DNA of 64,000 nucleotides from a bacterium (lineage in GTDB: Bacteria; Zhuqueibacterota; Zhuqueibacteria; Residuimicrobiales; Krinioviventaceae), in assembly GCA_963674595.2 (NCBI GenBank), contig CAXXFV010000022.1, forward strand, positions 1-64,000, read 5' to 3'. Both the position numbers and the translations under genes were made by a program. Below are positions 40,250 through 50,618 of the stretch, in pieces. The notes beneath the pieces are model-generated. The model was not told the DNA's origin. It was given only the letters and a program-made list of their open reading frames with translations, and searched no databases. The stretch's first letter is position 1. Each line of letters starts with the position of its first letter.

Positions 40250-41527
40250 ATGTCTCAAGATTATCCACAGATGTGGTCGAAATTAGGGCTGGATTTGAAA
40301 GCTCATGATGCTTTGCTCAAGGTTCTCAGTAATGCTTATGTAGATATTTATTTGTCTCAGAAAAATCGGCCTGAGGGTATGCAATATTTTAACTTTGTGA
40401 TGAGTGAAGTACACGGACTGCGAATTAGCGAATTGATTGAGGAACAAAAACAGGGACGAAAAATTATTGGGTCTTTTTGCGTCTTTGTTCCGGAAGAGCT
40501 GGTTTTAGCTGCAAACGCCACACTAGTCGGACTTTGCTCCGGAGCTGATTTTGTCACAGAAGAGGTGGAGCAAGTTTTACCGCGAAACACCTGTGCCCTG
40601 ATAAAGTCCGCTTTTGGTTTTAAACTGGGCAAGGTATGTCCTTACCTTGAATCGGCTGATATGGTTGTCGGTGAAAATACCTGTGACGGCAAGAAAAAAG
40701 CTTATGAAACTTTTGGGGATATGGTTGAAAATCTTTATGTAATGGACTTGCCCCAGGTAAAATCAGAACAGGGACGCGAACTGTTAAAAGCCGAGTATTT
40801 TCGTTTTAAAAGCGCTGTAGAGCAGTTGACAGGTAAGACAATAACCGTTGACTCTTTGAAAAAAGCTATTTTTACCGTTAATGAAAAGCGTAAAGCAATA
40901 CGGCGGCTGGCGGCGCTGCGTAAAGCAAATCCTGCTCCCATATCCGGGTTGGATGCGTTACTGGCGAACCAGGTTTTCTTTTATGATAACCCGGAACGAT
41001 TTACAGCATCGGTACATAAAATATGTGATGAATTGGAAAAACGAATTGAAGCCAGGGAGGGTGTTTTTCCGGAATCTACGCCTCGAATTGTAATGTCCGG
41101 CTGCCCCATGGCTGTTCCAAACTGGAAGCTGCCCTGGCTTATCGAATCGTCCGGGGCTGTTATTGTCGGAGAGGAATCCTGTGTCGGTGAAAGAGGTGCC
41201 CGCCATTTAACGGATATGACCGGCGAAACTATAAATGATTTAATGGAAGCTATTGTCGATCGTTATTTCAAGATCGATTGTGCTATTTTTACTCCCAATC
41301 CTGACCGCCTCGAACATATTGAAGAGATGGTTAGAAAATATGATGCCGACGGAGTGATTCATTATGGATTGCAATTTTGTCAACCCTATAACATGGAATC
41401 TTTTTCCGTAGAAAAAAACTTTGAGGATAGTAATATTCCGACTTTACGAATTGAAACGGATTACAGTATGGAGGATGTCGGCCAGTTAAAAACACGTATC
41501 GAAGCGTTTATTGAACAATTACATTAA
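40250..41527 (+). CDS. Double-cubane cluster protein (DCCP)-type reductase, 2-hydroxyacyl-CoA dehydratase family
   Basis: FCVFVPEE, GLCSG, RNTCALIKS, CPY, TCDGKKK, GCP, EESC, DCA, QFC, IETDYS...QL.TR.EAF. Confidence 0.8.
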   Translation: MSQDYPQMWSKLGLDLKAHDALLKVLSNAYVDIYLSQKNRPEGMQYFNFVMSEVHGLRISELIEEQKQGRKIIGSFCVFVPEELVLAANATLVGLCSGADFVTEEVEQVLPRNTCALIKSAFGFKLGKVCPYLESADMVVGENTCDGKKKAYETFGDMVENLYVMDLPQVKSEQGRELLKAEYFRFKSAVEQLTGKTITVDSLKKAIFTVNEKRKAIRRLAALRKANPAPISGLDALLANQVFFYDNPERFTASVHKICDELEKRIEAREGVFPESTPRIVMSGCPMAVPNWKLPWLIESSGAVIVGEESCVGERGARHLTDMTGETINDLMEAIVDRYFKIDCAIFTPNPDRLEHIEEMVRKYDADGVIHYGLQFCQPYNMESFSVEKNFEDSNIPTLRIETDYSMEDVGQLKTRIEAFIEQLH

Positions 41528-41540
41528 TTGAGGAATATAA

Positions 41541-42290
41541 ATGAAAACTGCCGGAATTGACATTGGTTCCCGGACTATTGAGGTTGTAATTACGGAAGAT
41601 AAACGCATACTTGATATCCGGCAGACGGATAGCGGATTTAATCCCATTGTTCAGGTTAAAAAGTTATTGCATGGACTGTCTTTTGATCGTCTCTGTGCCA
41701 CCGGTTATGGAAGAAACCTTATGGAGATAGAATTTGACAGTCCGACTGTAACTGAAATTAAAGCCTATGCCAAAGGTTCGAAGGCATTGTATCCTGAAGC
41801 AACGACCGTGTTGGATATAGGCGGGCAGGATTGTAAAGTTATTTCCCTATTCGATGACGGACGAGTTAGGAAATTTGAAATGAATGACCGTTGTGCCGCC
41901 GGTACCGGTAAATTTTTGGAAATTATGGCGCATACACTTGGATTTGAAATCGCTGATTTTGGTATGAACGCACTTGAGGCACAAAAAGATATTACTATCA
42001 ATAGCATGTGTACTGTTTTTGCCGAATCAGAGGTTATTTCACTCATATCAAAAGGTGAGGCCAGGAATGATATTGCCGGCGCTTTGCACATGTCTGTTGC
42101 AAAGCGGGCGATGAGTATGCTAAAGCGTATCGGGACTAACGGCAGTATAGTTTTTGCCGGCGGCGTTGCGAATAATCCCTGTATAAGGCAATTAATTTCC
42201 GAACTTTTAGGATTGAGTGTATATGTCCCGGAAAATCCTCAGGCTGTTGGCGCCTATGGGGCTGCTTTATTGGCCGGGGAACAATTATAA
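41541..42290 (+). CDS. ATP-dependent [4Fe-4S] activase (HgdC/DCCP-reductase family)
   Basis: GIDIGS, ATGYGR, DIGGQD, MNDRCAAGTG, CTVFAESE, GGVA.N. Confidence 0.9.
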   Translation: MKTAGIDIGSRTIEVVITEDKRILDIRQTDSGFNPIVQVKKLLHGLSFDRLCATGYGRNLMEIEFDSPTVTEIKAYAKGSKALYPEATTVLDIGGQDCKVISLFDDGRVRKFEMNDRCAAGTGKFLEIMAHTLGFEIADFGMNALEAQKDITINSMCTVFAESEVISLISKGEARNDIAGALHMSVAKRAMSMLKRIGTNGSIVFAGGVANNPCIRQLISELLGLSVYVPENPQAVGAYGAALLAGEQL

Positions 42291-42318
42291 AAAAAGGCTG
42301 CTCATTCGGGCAGCCTTA
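42290..42318. terminator. Intrinsic terminator between convergent genes
   Basis: A run followed by AAGGCTGCTC-ATTC-GGGCAGCCTT. Confidence 0.7.
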
Positions 42319-42324
42319 ATCATA

Positions 42325-45123
42325 TTATTTTTTTGTTATTTTAAATTTTAACGGTTTTGATTTTATCGGAACTTTGAGGCATAGACAGGTATCTGTTAAT
42401 TTTTCGTATGTTATTGGTTTTTCGTTGATCAAAACGTTGTAATCAAAATCAGGGTTCATACAAACCAGAACCGTACTTTTATCTGCATTTTGTTCTTTTG
42501 AGAATTGTATGGTTGCTGTAAAATCGGTATTGTCTTGATTGAATTTTTTCTCTTCAATCCAGGCATTCAGGCCGGTTGTTACCATACCGGGTTTGTAATA
42601 AGCCGAATACCAAATTAAAACCGGTGAGGATAATCCGCCGAATTCATGCCATCCTGCGCCGCGTCCGGATTCAATTATAAAATGTTCCATACAGCAATAG
42701 GTCGCTTCAACTTCCTGTTTCCACACTTTTAGGGCTGTGTCTGCTATTTTAAAAGCAAATTGCGACTCTCCCAAATCGAGCATGGTTTTCCAGAAAAACC
42801 ACTGGTGCGGCATCCACACGGCGCCGTTCCAATAGCCGTCGTTTGTATAATAAGAAGCGGTTTGGTCTACAGCGCTTAACCCGACACGTGACCAAATTTC
42901 TCCCTCGGTTTTTAAATGATCGAGAATTTTTTGTTTTTGTTCATCCGTACAAATCCCTGCAAAAAGCGGATAACAACCGCCAAGACCTTTGTTCATATTT
43001 TCGCCTTTTTCATTTTGCAGGATTTTTATTGGCTCACCCTGTTCATTATGCACCACATAGCCAAAATAACCGGCATCATCATCCCAGGCATTTTGCTGCA
43101 GCGCCTTGCTGAACATTTTTATATCTTTATTATATGATTTCATATCATTTTTCAAACCCAATTGCTTTGCCGCCATTTTCAGAATTTTGGCAGTTCGGAT
43201 GGCGTGGGCCGTATTCACAACCGGCGTGTTTGTGGCTTCCATTTTATAATTATGGGTATATTTTTGCGGTGGATAATCATCCCATCCGCCGGAATTGTAA
43301 AAATAATCCCAGGTTTTTAACAGGTTTGATTTTAATGTTCGTGTTGTTGAGCCCGGTGTATTGCCGGACAGAAACTCGTAATACTGTTTCATTCTCGGAT
43401 AAAAATAGTTCAAAAGTTCTTTTGACTGGGTTCGGTTCCAAAGTTCATAAAACAAATAGTGCTGCACGGGTACGGGTGTTCCGTGGTGGATGAATGCGGA
43501 TTGAGCGCCCGGTTCCTGCACGTATGCATTCAGGTTTTCCACGGCCCGTTTTTCATCAAGTTCCAGCAACCCCAATCCGATAAAGCCGGAATCCCAGGTG
43601 TATAAACAATCCCACCAGCGGCCCGGGGCATGATGACGGATATATTGTTTTTGTGTATAAACCGGGTAAACGACGTTTGATAACACTGTTGCCGCCATTC
43701 GCTTTTGGCTAAAGGTAAATGGTTTGCCCTGTTGCGACGGCGTCATATCGGTCAAATGCTGTCGTGCCTGATTATAGATCGGTTCAAAATTTTTATCATC
43801 GGTATATTCGGATAATATTGATTTGACTGTTTCCTCATCTCCTGTACAAACCAGTCCGTAAATAGTTTTGCCGGATTGTGCATCCAGTGTTATGGGACGC
43901 AGGAAAATATTGGTATAGTGGCCTTTACCCTGATCATGAAAAACCGTTTTTGTATGATTATTCGCCATACGACGGAAATAGATGTCCAGGTCTTTGCCGA
44001 AATATTGTCTTATTTTAAATTGGGGATAAAACCATTTGATGCCGTAAAAGTTTTCCGTATCCTCGTATTTTATAAGAATACTATTGTCAACAGGACCTTC
44101 AATGAGTTCCGGTACCGGGTTCCAGTCTGTTATTTCAAAAGCAATATCAGAGACATTATTTTCAGGGACAACTGTAAAACCATCGATCTCAATTCCTGCT
44201 CCACCCAGAGATGTAAGCGTCAGGTCAGCTTGACCGGCATTAACGGTACCAATTGGTATTGACACTGTTTCCAATCCGCCTGTTCCTTCAAGCGGAACAA
44301 TTATGTCGATCAAACCGGTACCATGTAACTGCAATGATTCATTTTCTTTCATACGATAACGGATGACAAGGGCCGCATCGTTAATGCTATTTTTAATATC
44401 CCAGTTGTATAGGACTTTATCTCCTTTATCCGTGCCGAAACCTTGTCCGATTCCGGAGCCGTTGACAAAATTATTAGCCCGGACCTCTCCCCGTATTTTA
44501 CCATCGTAAACAAGTTTATCCTGAGGACCTGGTTTTGCATATAAAAAGTCCGTATAGTCCAACGCGTCAAACCATTGTGCTTGTTCAGGTAAAACGGCCC
44601 TGGCAGGCAGCAAAGGTGTATCCGGATCATATTCTTTCAGCGAAGGGAAATGGAGGGATGCCATAAAATGCAGGACAATGGATTGTTCCAGATTCGTTGT
44701 ATTTTGACACTGGATACGAATCAGTCGTGTCTGGTCATTAATATATGAGTAAGAAATGTCGGTATAAACCCGGTCCTGCCATTCCACTTCGTGACGAAAT
44801 GCAAAGTAATACATGTCCGGAGATGCTTCCCAGGGGTGGTAACCGGATTCAAAAAATACATTTGGAATATCAAGCTTGCGGCGATAAAAACCGGGAAAAA
44901 CTGAAAGGTCAAATCGTAAGCCTTTTTTTAAATCAGGAATATGTGAGATGCCGATATATTTTTTGGTATAGGGGCCCCAGTTCGGAAATGTTAAATCGTG
45001 ACTTTTTTCAATGGTCGTCAGCATATTCCCATAGTCGGATTCAGAATAGGTTTGTGCCTCCGCAGAATGACCCAGGGCTGAAAGAAAAAATAGCATTAAA
45101 ATGAGGTGAACTGTCTTTTTCAT
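42325..45123 (-). CDS. Secreted MGH1/GH63-like (alpha/alpha)6 glycoside hydrolase
   Basis: Signal peptide from 45123; YTWDSGF, SGGWDD, YWNGAVW, EH motifs. Confidence 0.75.
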   Translation of the reverse strand: MKKTVHLILMLFFLSALGHSAEAQTYSESDYGNMLTTIEKSHDLTFPNWGPYTKKYIGISHIPDLKKGLRFDLSVFPGFYRRKLDIPNVFFESGYHPWEASPDMYYFAFRHEVEWQDRVYTDISYSYINDQTRLIRIQCQNTTNLEQSIVLHFMASLHFPSLKEYDPDTPLLPARAVLPEQAQWFDALDYTDFLYAKPGPQDKLVYDGKIRGEVRANNFVNGSGIGQGFGTDKGDKVLYNWDIKNSINDAALVIRYRMKENESLQLHGTGLIDIIVPLEGTGGLETVSIPIGTVNAGQADLTLTSLGGAGIEIDGFTVVPENNVSDIAFEITDWNPVPELIEGPVDNSILIKYEDTENFYGIKWFYPQFKIRQYFGKDLDIYFRRMANNHTKTVFHDQGKGHYTNIFLRPITLDAQSGKTIYGLVCTGDEETVKSILSEYTDDKNFEPIYNQARQHLTDMTPSQQGKPFTFSQKRMAATVLSNVVYPVYTQKQYIRHHAPGRWWDCLYTWDSGFIGLGLLELDEKRAVENLNAYVQEPGAQSAFIHHGTPVPVQHYLFYELWNRTQSKELLNYFYPRMKQYYEFLSGNTPGSTTRTLKSNLLKTWDYFYNSGGWDDYPPQKYTHNYKMEATNTPVVNTAHAIRTAKILKMAAKQLGLKNDMKSYNKDIKMFSKALQQNAWDDDAGYFGYVVHNEQGEPIKILQNEKGENMNKGLGGCYPLFAGICTDEQKQKILDHLKTEGEIWSRVGLSAVDQTASYYTNDGYWNGAVWMPHQWFFWKTMLDLGESQFAFKIADTALKVWKQEVEATYCCMEHFIIESGRGAGWHEFGGLSSPVLIWYSAYYKPGMVTTGLNAWIEEKKFNQDNTDFTATIQFSKEQNADKSTVLVCMNPDFDYNVLINEKPITYEKLTDTCLCLKVPIKSKPLKFKITKK

Positions 45124-45152
45124 GTTTCGTCTCCGTTGATTTTGAATGCTGT

Positions 45153-48100
45153 CTATTTTAAATATAAACATTTTTGTACTGATTTGTAAGAAACAGTTTC
45201 ACATTGGACAAAATAAACGCCGCTGTTGACTTTAATCCCGGTATCATTTGTTGCGTCCCATTTTATTTTAAAGGAACCGGCCGGGTATTTTTTGTCTGTC
45301 AGTGTTTTAACATGTTGCCCGCATTCGTTGTAAATGTTTATTTTAACATATTGCGGCTGCGGCATATCAAAACAAAAGGTTGTTGCGGGATTGAATGGAT
45401 TCGGGTAACCAGGGTATAAATAAAATTGTACAGGAAGAGACGATGAATTTTCTTTTTCATTTATATGGGTCGATGTATTATCAGACGATAAGGACAGTGA
45501 AATGTTGACTTCACCGCTTGCACCTAATAAAACAGTATTATAGGGGAAAAAGAACCAGTGCCCCGACGGGTAATCTGCCAGGTTTTCTCTTATTTTCTGT
45601 TCGTCTCTTACTGGGGAATCTAAAAAAGAATTTAGAGAAATAAAATAAATATTTTCATCAGTATAATTAATTTCAGACCGGCCGCCGTTACTTGTAAACA
45701 TGGAAATATTTTTATCTTCATTTTGAATGGTGATGGCGTCGCACCAGTCTTTTTCAAACATATTGAGCAAGTTAACCACCAGGCCGAAACCGATTTCAAT
45801 ATAGTCGCCTGACGGAATTTTATAATGTGCGTTTATTTTTTGTCCATCCAGAGCGAATGTTTTAATCAGACCTCCTGGTATTGAAAATTCCAGACTGCTG
45901 TCGGTAGCTGTTGCCTGATAAACAGGATAATCCAGATTGCCGTCCTGGGTGATGTCTTCTGCAAAAACCGCGTCTACTTCTCTGTCCCAGGTGGGTGCAA
46001 TGGCAATTTCACCGTCCTCATAATTCCAGCCCCAGCCGTCACCGGTCACAATCTGCTGGTATTTGGGGGCGACATGCTGGACCGGTCCGTATTCCGGACT
46101 GTAGGAAAAAGCATATTCGGCGCGTCCGCCGTCGTTTTCAAAAAGGACAAAAATTGAATTGTTGTACATTATATATTCCTGTTCTCCATCCAAATCAACA
46201 TCCTCGGCAAGGACCGTTGTGTTTGTCTGCACCAATCCATCTATAATATTTTGCACCCATTGGGCTGCTTTCAGGATTTTGTTGACCTGCCGGACATCAT
46301 TTGCTCTGAATTTAGCTGCCGGATGTAAATATTTCCCGCCGTAATCACCACTTGCCGCTTGCGGACCGGTATAAAAATGTTGTGCATGAAATGTTTGTTC
46401 GGCAATGCCGTTAAAATAGGCCAGCCAGGCCAGTGTCGTCAGATCGTTGTCCGGCGCTGTTGTCAGGTTTTCAAGGGTTTTATAAAGAATGCTCTCCGGC
46501 GTCTGGTCATCGCCCATTATATAATTTGAAGGGATTTGTTCATTGTCACGCAGATAGGGAACATAATCATAATAGGATTCGATGCTGTCTCCTGCCTGCA
46601 CCAGCGGAGAGTGACCATCGCTTATGCCGCCGTAATAATAATCAGAAAAATAGGCGTTATAATGCGTGTCGCCATCCATTGGGTACTGTACAAGGAGGTC
46701 CTCCGGGGCGAGCGGCAAAACACCGTGGTCTATTGGCGTCCAGCTGCGTGATATAATGCTGCTAAACGTCGTCGCTTCTATCCAGTGATGGTGGGCGATC
46801 CACGCAAAATTTTTATCCGCATCATCCTCAAACATCCAGGCCGTCAGGGGCAGGTCCGTGCCGACTGTAAAATATCGTTCCTGGTCTTCGTCCATGGCCA
46901 TGTCATGCAAAAGTCTGCGCCACCACAAATGCAGGCCGTCATCCGTACCGACAAATTGATCATATTCGCTCCAGTTTGACCAGTTAATAACGCCCCAGCG
47001 GTCATCACCGGCTATTCCCTGATAATTGCCGATTCGGGTTTCAAAAACAAAATCGATGTTGTTTATTTTGTGAATTTTTCCGGGCATTCTGATTTCCTGC
47101 TCTACATAATCCGGATCGCTCCAGTCATTTATCCAGCCGAACCAGTAACGGTACTGGTCCAGTCCGTAAATAGCCTTGAATCCCAGCTCTTTAATCAGGT
47201 CCACATCTTCTATTTTTAACATGGCTTCATAGGGATAGATGACTTCCGGGACCGGCAGGTCCAGATGTTGCCGAAGTGAAGCAGCCATATCGATTGCTTT
47301 TGTGTCGACAATGTCCGACTGCCACGGCATAAAGTAGCCGTAATTCAGTGTTGTCAGAGGATCAAGTAAACCCTGCTGGGCCATTGTTCGTATTCGTTGA
47401 TTGATTGGCAAATATTCGTTGCCGGGCAACTGTTCAATGCGTAAATCATTGATGGTTAACGGAACCTTGTATTTTTCAGCCGCGTCCAGCAGATATTTGA
47501 ATCCTCGTCTGTCACCGGGCCGAATTTCCGGCCGCAATGCAAAACCATCGTACCAGCTTACCGCATGGGGACCATAGCCGATAAAGGCGTTCATAAAATG
47601 GATGACCAGCTTTGCACGGCCTGTCGAATCAGCCGTATGAAACACACTTGTTTGATCGGATTTTAAATTATTATTCAAGGTGAAAATCTGCATTTGAAAA
47701 TTAAAATCGGCTGGTGAAAACATATCTTTGGACAGGGCAAAACTGATAAAATCGAGTTTGCTGTTTACAGTCAGATTGGAAAGATGATTTTTATTATCAT
47801 TGTATTGCGTGTCAAAAACCTGATACCAGCTCGAATCGGAAATGAATATACACACGTCCCATTCCAGGTCTGTTGAAAAAGAAATCGTGTTGATGGAAAC
47901 CGATGTGTTGCCTCCCTGTGTATAATCGATTAAAAATATCAGTTCCGTTTTATAATCCGCAAGCATATCCAGAAAATCGATGCGAAACAGAAAATCCGTC
48001 GGATTTTCATTAACATAAGCGGCAATGATGTCCTGATAGTCGTTTTCAACATCACCCCATGGGTCAAGATGTTTAATATCGCTATGCTGCCATATTTGAT

Positions 48101-48185
48101 CGGAATTTAATATTGTTTGTGGGTATGCGTTTCGGAAAGGAAAAAGTATCATAGCGAGTGCTGTAAAGGTCATTAATTTTTTCAT
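45153..48185 (-). CDS. Secreted GH57-like carbohydrate-active protein with FlgD/T9SS-like C-terminal domain
   Basis: Signal peptide; LLDAAEKYKVPLT, YPYE, GTD and DVDLDGEQEY motifs reminiscent of GH57; YPNPFNP domain. Confidence 0.5.
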   Translation of the reverse strand: MKKLMTFTALAMILFPFRNAYPQTILNSDQIWQHSDIKHLDPWGDVENDYQDIIAAYVNENPTDFLFRIDFLDMLADYKTELIFLIDYTQGGNTSVSINTISFSTDLEWDVCIFISDSSWYQVFDTQYNDNKNHLSNLTVNSKLDFISFALSKDMFSPADFNFQMQIFTLNNNLKSDQTSVFHTADSTGRAKLVIHFMNAFIGYGPHAVSWYDGFALRPEIRPGDRRGFKYLLDAAEKYKVPLTINDLRIEQLPGNEYLPINQRIRTMAQQGLLDPLTTLNYGYFMPWQSDIVDTKAIDMAASLRQHLDLPVPEVIYPYEAMLKIEDVDLIKELGFKAIYGLDQYRYWFGWINDWSDPDYVEQEIRMPGKIHKINNIDFVFETRIGNYQGIAGDDRWGVINWSNWSEYDQFVGTDDGLHLWWRRLLHDMAMDEDQERYFTVGTDLPLTAWMFEDDADKNFAWIAHHHWIEATTFSSIISRSWTPIDHGVLPLAPEDLLVQYPMDGDTHYNAYFSDYYYGGISDGHSPLVQAGDSIESYYDYVPYLRDNEQIPSNYIMGDDQTPESILYKTLENLTTAPDNDLTTLAWLAYFNGIAEQTFHAQHFYTGPQAASGDYGGKYLHPAAKFRANDVRQVNKILKAAQWVQNIIDGLVQTNTTVLAEDVDLDGEQEYIMYNNSIFVLFENDGGRAEYAFSYSPEYGPVQHVAPKYQQIVTGDGWGWNYEDGEIAIAPTWDREVDAVFAEDITQDGNLDYPVYQATATDSSLEFSIPGGLIKTFALDGQKINAHYKIPSGDYIEIGFGLVVNLLNMFEKDWCDAITIQNEDKNISMFTSNGGRSEINYTDENIYFISLNSFLDSPVRDEQKIRENLADYPSGHWFFFPYNTVLLGASGEVNISLSLSSDNTSTHINEKENSSSLPVQFYLYPGYPNPFNPATTFCFDMPQPQYVKINIYNECGQHVKTLTDKKYPAGSFKIKWDATNDTGIKVNSGVYFVQCETVSYKSVQKCLYLK

Positions 48186-48255
48186 AATATGTCCTCTCAC
48201 ATAAATTCACTCTACTATTTCAAACCCGTTTTTGCTAATATTTTATCCTCTTTTT

Positions 48256-50604
48256 TTAATATATCAGGAATTTGTGTTCCAGACGCTCTCCGTTTTCATC
48301 TACAACCGTTAAAACATGTTCACCCGGTTCGGGACTGAGGGCCATCTGGTGTATGCCGGTGGTTTGTGAAATATAATCATCATCTAGGTGCCAGTAAAGC
48401 GTAACATCCGGATTCCGGTGGGAAATTTCAAATACGGTTTTTCCCCGTTTACCGTCCAATTCAAGCGGCACATAAATTTGACTTTTGCCCTGATGATGTA
48501 TCAGGCTCATGGCGTGGTTGGAATTTGTTGCCGCTTCTGCAAGACAGTCTGATCGAAAAGGAGGGAGGGGTTTATAATCGGCATGGTTCTGTTTGTAAAA
48601 CCATTCTATGGACGGGGGCAACACAAACCAGGAGACAATATTCATATTGTAAACATGTTCGCATTCACTATGGACCCGGAATTGCTGGTTTGGAGTGCAG
48701 CGAACCAACCGGCAATAGGGACAACATTTGGTGCGTACGCTGTTTTCCAACCCGTAAACGGTTTTTTTATTTTTGCAATAGGGACCGGCGCGGTAGCCGC
48801 TTTCCGCACAAACTTTAATACTCAACAGTTCCGCTTCCGGCATGTCAAACCAGGTTGATGCCGGTAAAATCCCGAAAATTTCAAACAAAATCGGTGCAGC
48901 GGTTGAAATACCGGTTAATCCGGGCCGGCCTTCTCCGTCTGCATTACCGACCCAAACACCTACAGCATATTTTGGATTTATACCGACAGCCCAGCCGTCC
49001 CGGAACCCGAAGCTGGTGCCGGTCTTCCAGGCGATTTGCGACGATGAACTAAAGTGCCGCCATCCGGTTTGACTTTCCGGGCGTCCGACCTCACGCATGG
49101 CATTTAATGCCAGCCAGCAGGCTCCCGCTCCAAGAGGATTACCCGGTTGGTTTGTGATTGTTTGGGCTGAAGAATTGTCCGACAGATAAACCGCCCTTTT
49201 AAAAACAGGACTCTTTTCCTGTGAAAAGTTGAGGTAACGATTAACATTGCGGGCCAGTCCGGCATAGATAGAGGTAATTTCCCACAACGTCCCTTCAGAG
49301 CCGCCTAAAATGAGCGACAGACCGTAATCATCTGCCGGACGAAAAAGGGTGGTCATGCCGAGTGATTTCAGCACATCATAAAACCGGTCGATACCATAAC
49401 TATGCAGCATTCTAACGGCCGGGATATTTAATGACCTGGCCAGCGCCTGTTGTGCCGGAACCGCGCCTGCATACACCCGGTCGAAATTTTGCGGTGCAAA
49501 ACCACCGATGCGCGTGGGAATGTCCGGGACCAATGTTGTCGGCAAAATTTCACCGGCATCCAGCATGGCTGCGTATAGCAACGGTTTTAAAATGCTTCCC
49601 GTGCTTCTGGGTGAGGTGATAATATCGACATATTGTCCGTGTTCATTGTTATTTTCTGTTGACGCATTACCGACATAGGCCAAAACACCCCCGGATTTAA
49701 CGTCCAGGATTATAGCTGCCGCGTTATGAACGCTGTTGGATTTCAGGTAATTTACGTATCTGTTTATAATTTGCGTTGTTTGATTTTGTAAAGAAGCATC
49801 CAGTGTTGTCAGGGCCCTGCTTATATTTTTAACGGAATTTTCCTTTTTTGCCCTTTGCAGCAGATGCGGCGCCATGTTGGGAATGGCATAAGGTTTTGGC
49901 GGAAGCGGTTCCTCTTTTGCCAGACGGCATTGCAGCGAATCGATATGATGATAACGCAGTAATTTGTCCAGCAGCCGGTTTCTTTTATTTAACAGGGCGC
50001 TTCGGTTTTTACCGGGATGAATAATCGAGGGATTGTTGGGCAAAACAGCCAGCATGGCGGATTCGGCCCAGGACAATTGTTGCGGACCCCTGTTGAAATA
50101 ACGCCAGGACGCTGCTTCCAGTCCGACAACATTGCCGCCAAAGGGAGCGTGAGATGCATATTGGATTAAAATTTCATTTTTATTTTTTGCAGATTCCAGC
50201 CGCAAAGCCAGCAGGGCCTCTTTGCACTTTTGTAAAATAGACCGCGGTTTGTCCGGCTGAGACAGGCGGATAACCTGCATGGTAATTGTACTGCCGCCGC
50301 TTTTTATTGTGTGCGACAACAGATTGTCCGTTGCAGCACGACAGATCGCCAGAATGTCCACGCCTGGGTGATTAAAGAAGCGCCGGTCTTCAAAACAAAC
50401 AATCGCTTTGGTGAATTTTTCCGGGAGCGAATCCGGCTGCGGAAAACGCCACTGTTCATCGGCTGCGATTGATGCGCCCAAAAGCTGTCCCCGGCTATCG
50501 TATAACGCCAGGGACAAAGGCTGTTCTATTTCAACAACAGGAATGATATGCCATATTAGCAACAGCAAACCGATTCCGGCTGAAATTGTAAAAAATTGTT
50601 TCAT
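48256..50604 (-). CDS. pbpC: Penicillin-binding protein 1C
   Basis: EDRRF, GGSTITMQ, GSILKP, SLN, KTGTS motifs; adjacent to alpha-2-macroglobulin. Confidence 0.93.
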   Translation of the reverse strand: MKQFFTISAGIGLLLLIWHIIPVVEIEQPLSLALYDSRGQLLGASIAADEQWRFPQPDSLPEKFTKAIVCFEDRRFFNHPGVDILAICRAATDNLLSHTIKSGGSTITMQVIRLSQPDKPRSILQKCKEALLALRLESAKNKNEILIQYASHAPFGGNVVGLEAASWRYFNRGPQQLSWAESAMLAVLPNNPSIIHPGKNRSALLNKRNRLLDKLLRYHHIDSLQCRLAKEEPLPPKPYAIPNMAPHLLQRAKKENSVKNISRALTTLDASLQNQTTQIINRYVNYLKSNSVHNAAAIILDVKSGGVLAYVGNASTENNNEHGQYVDIITSPRSTGSILKPLLYAAMLDAGEILPTTLVPDIPTRIGGFAPQNFDRVYAGAVPAQQALARSLNIPAVRMLHSYGIDRFYDVLKSLGMTTLFRPADDYGLSLILGGSEGTLWEITSIYAGLARNVNRYLNFSQEKSPVFKRAVYLSDNSSAQTITNQPGNPLGAGACWLALNAMREVGRPESQTGWRHFSSSSQIAWKTGTSFGFRDGWAVGINPKYAVGVWVGNADGEGRPGLTGISTAAPILFEIFGILPASTWFDMPEAELLSIKVCAESGYRAGPYCKNKKTVYGLENSVRTKCCPYCRLVRCTPNQQFRVHSECEHVYNMNIVSWFVLPPSIEWFYKQNHADYKPLPPFRSDCLAEAATNSNHAMSLIHHQGKSQIYVPLELDGKRGKTVFEISHRNPDVTLYWHLDDDYISQTTGIHQMALSPEPGEHVLTVVDENGERLEHKFLIY

Positions 50605-50618
50605 AAAGTTTTACTTGT

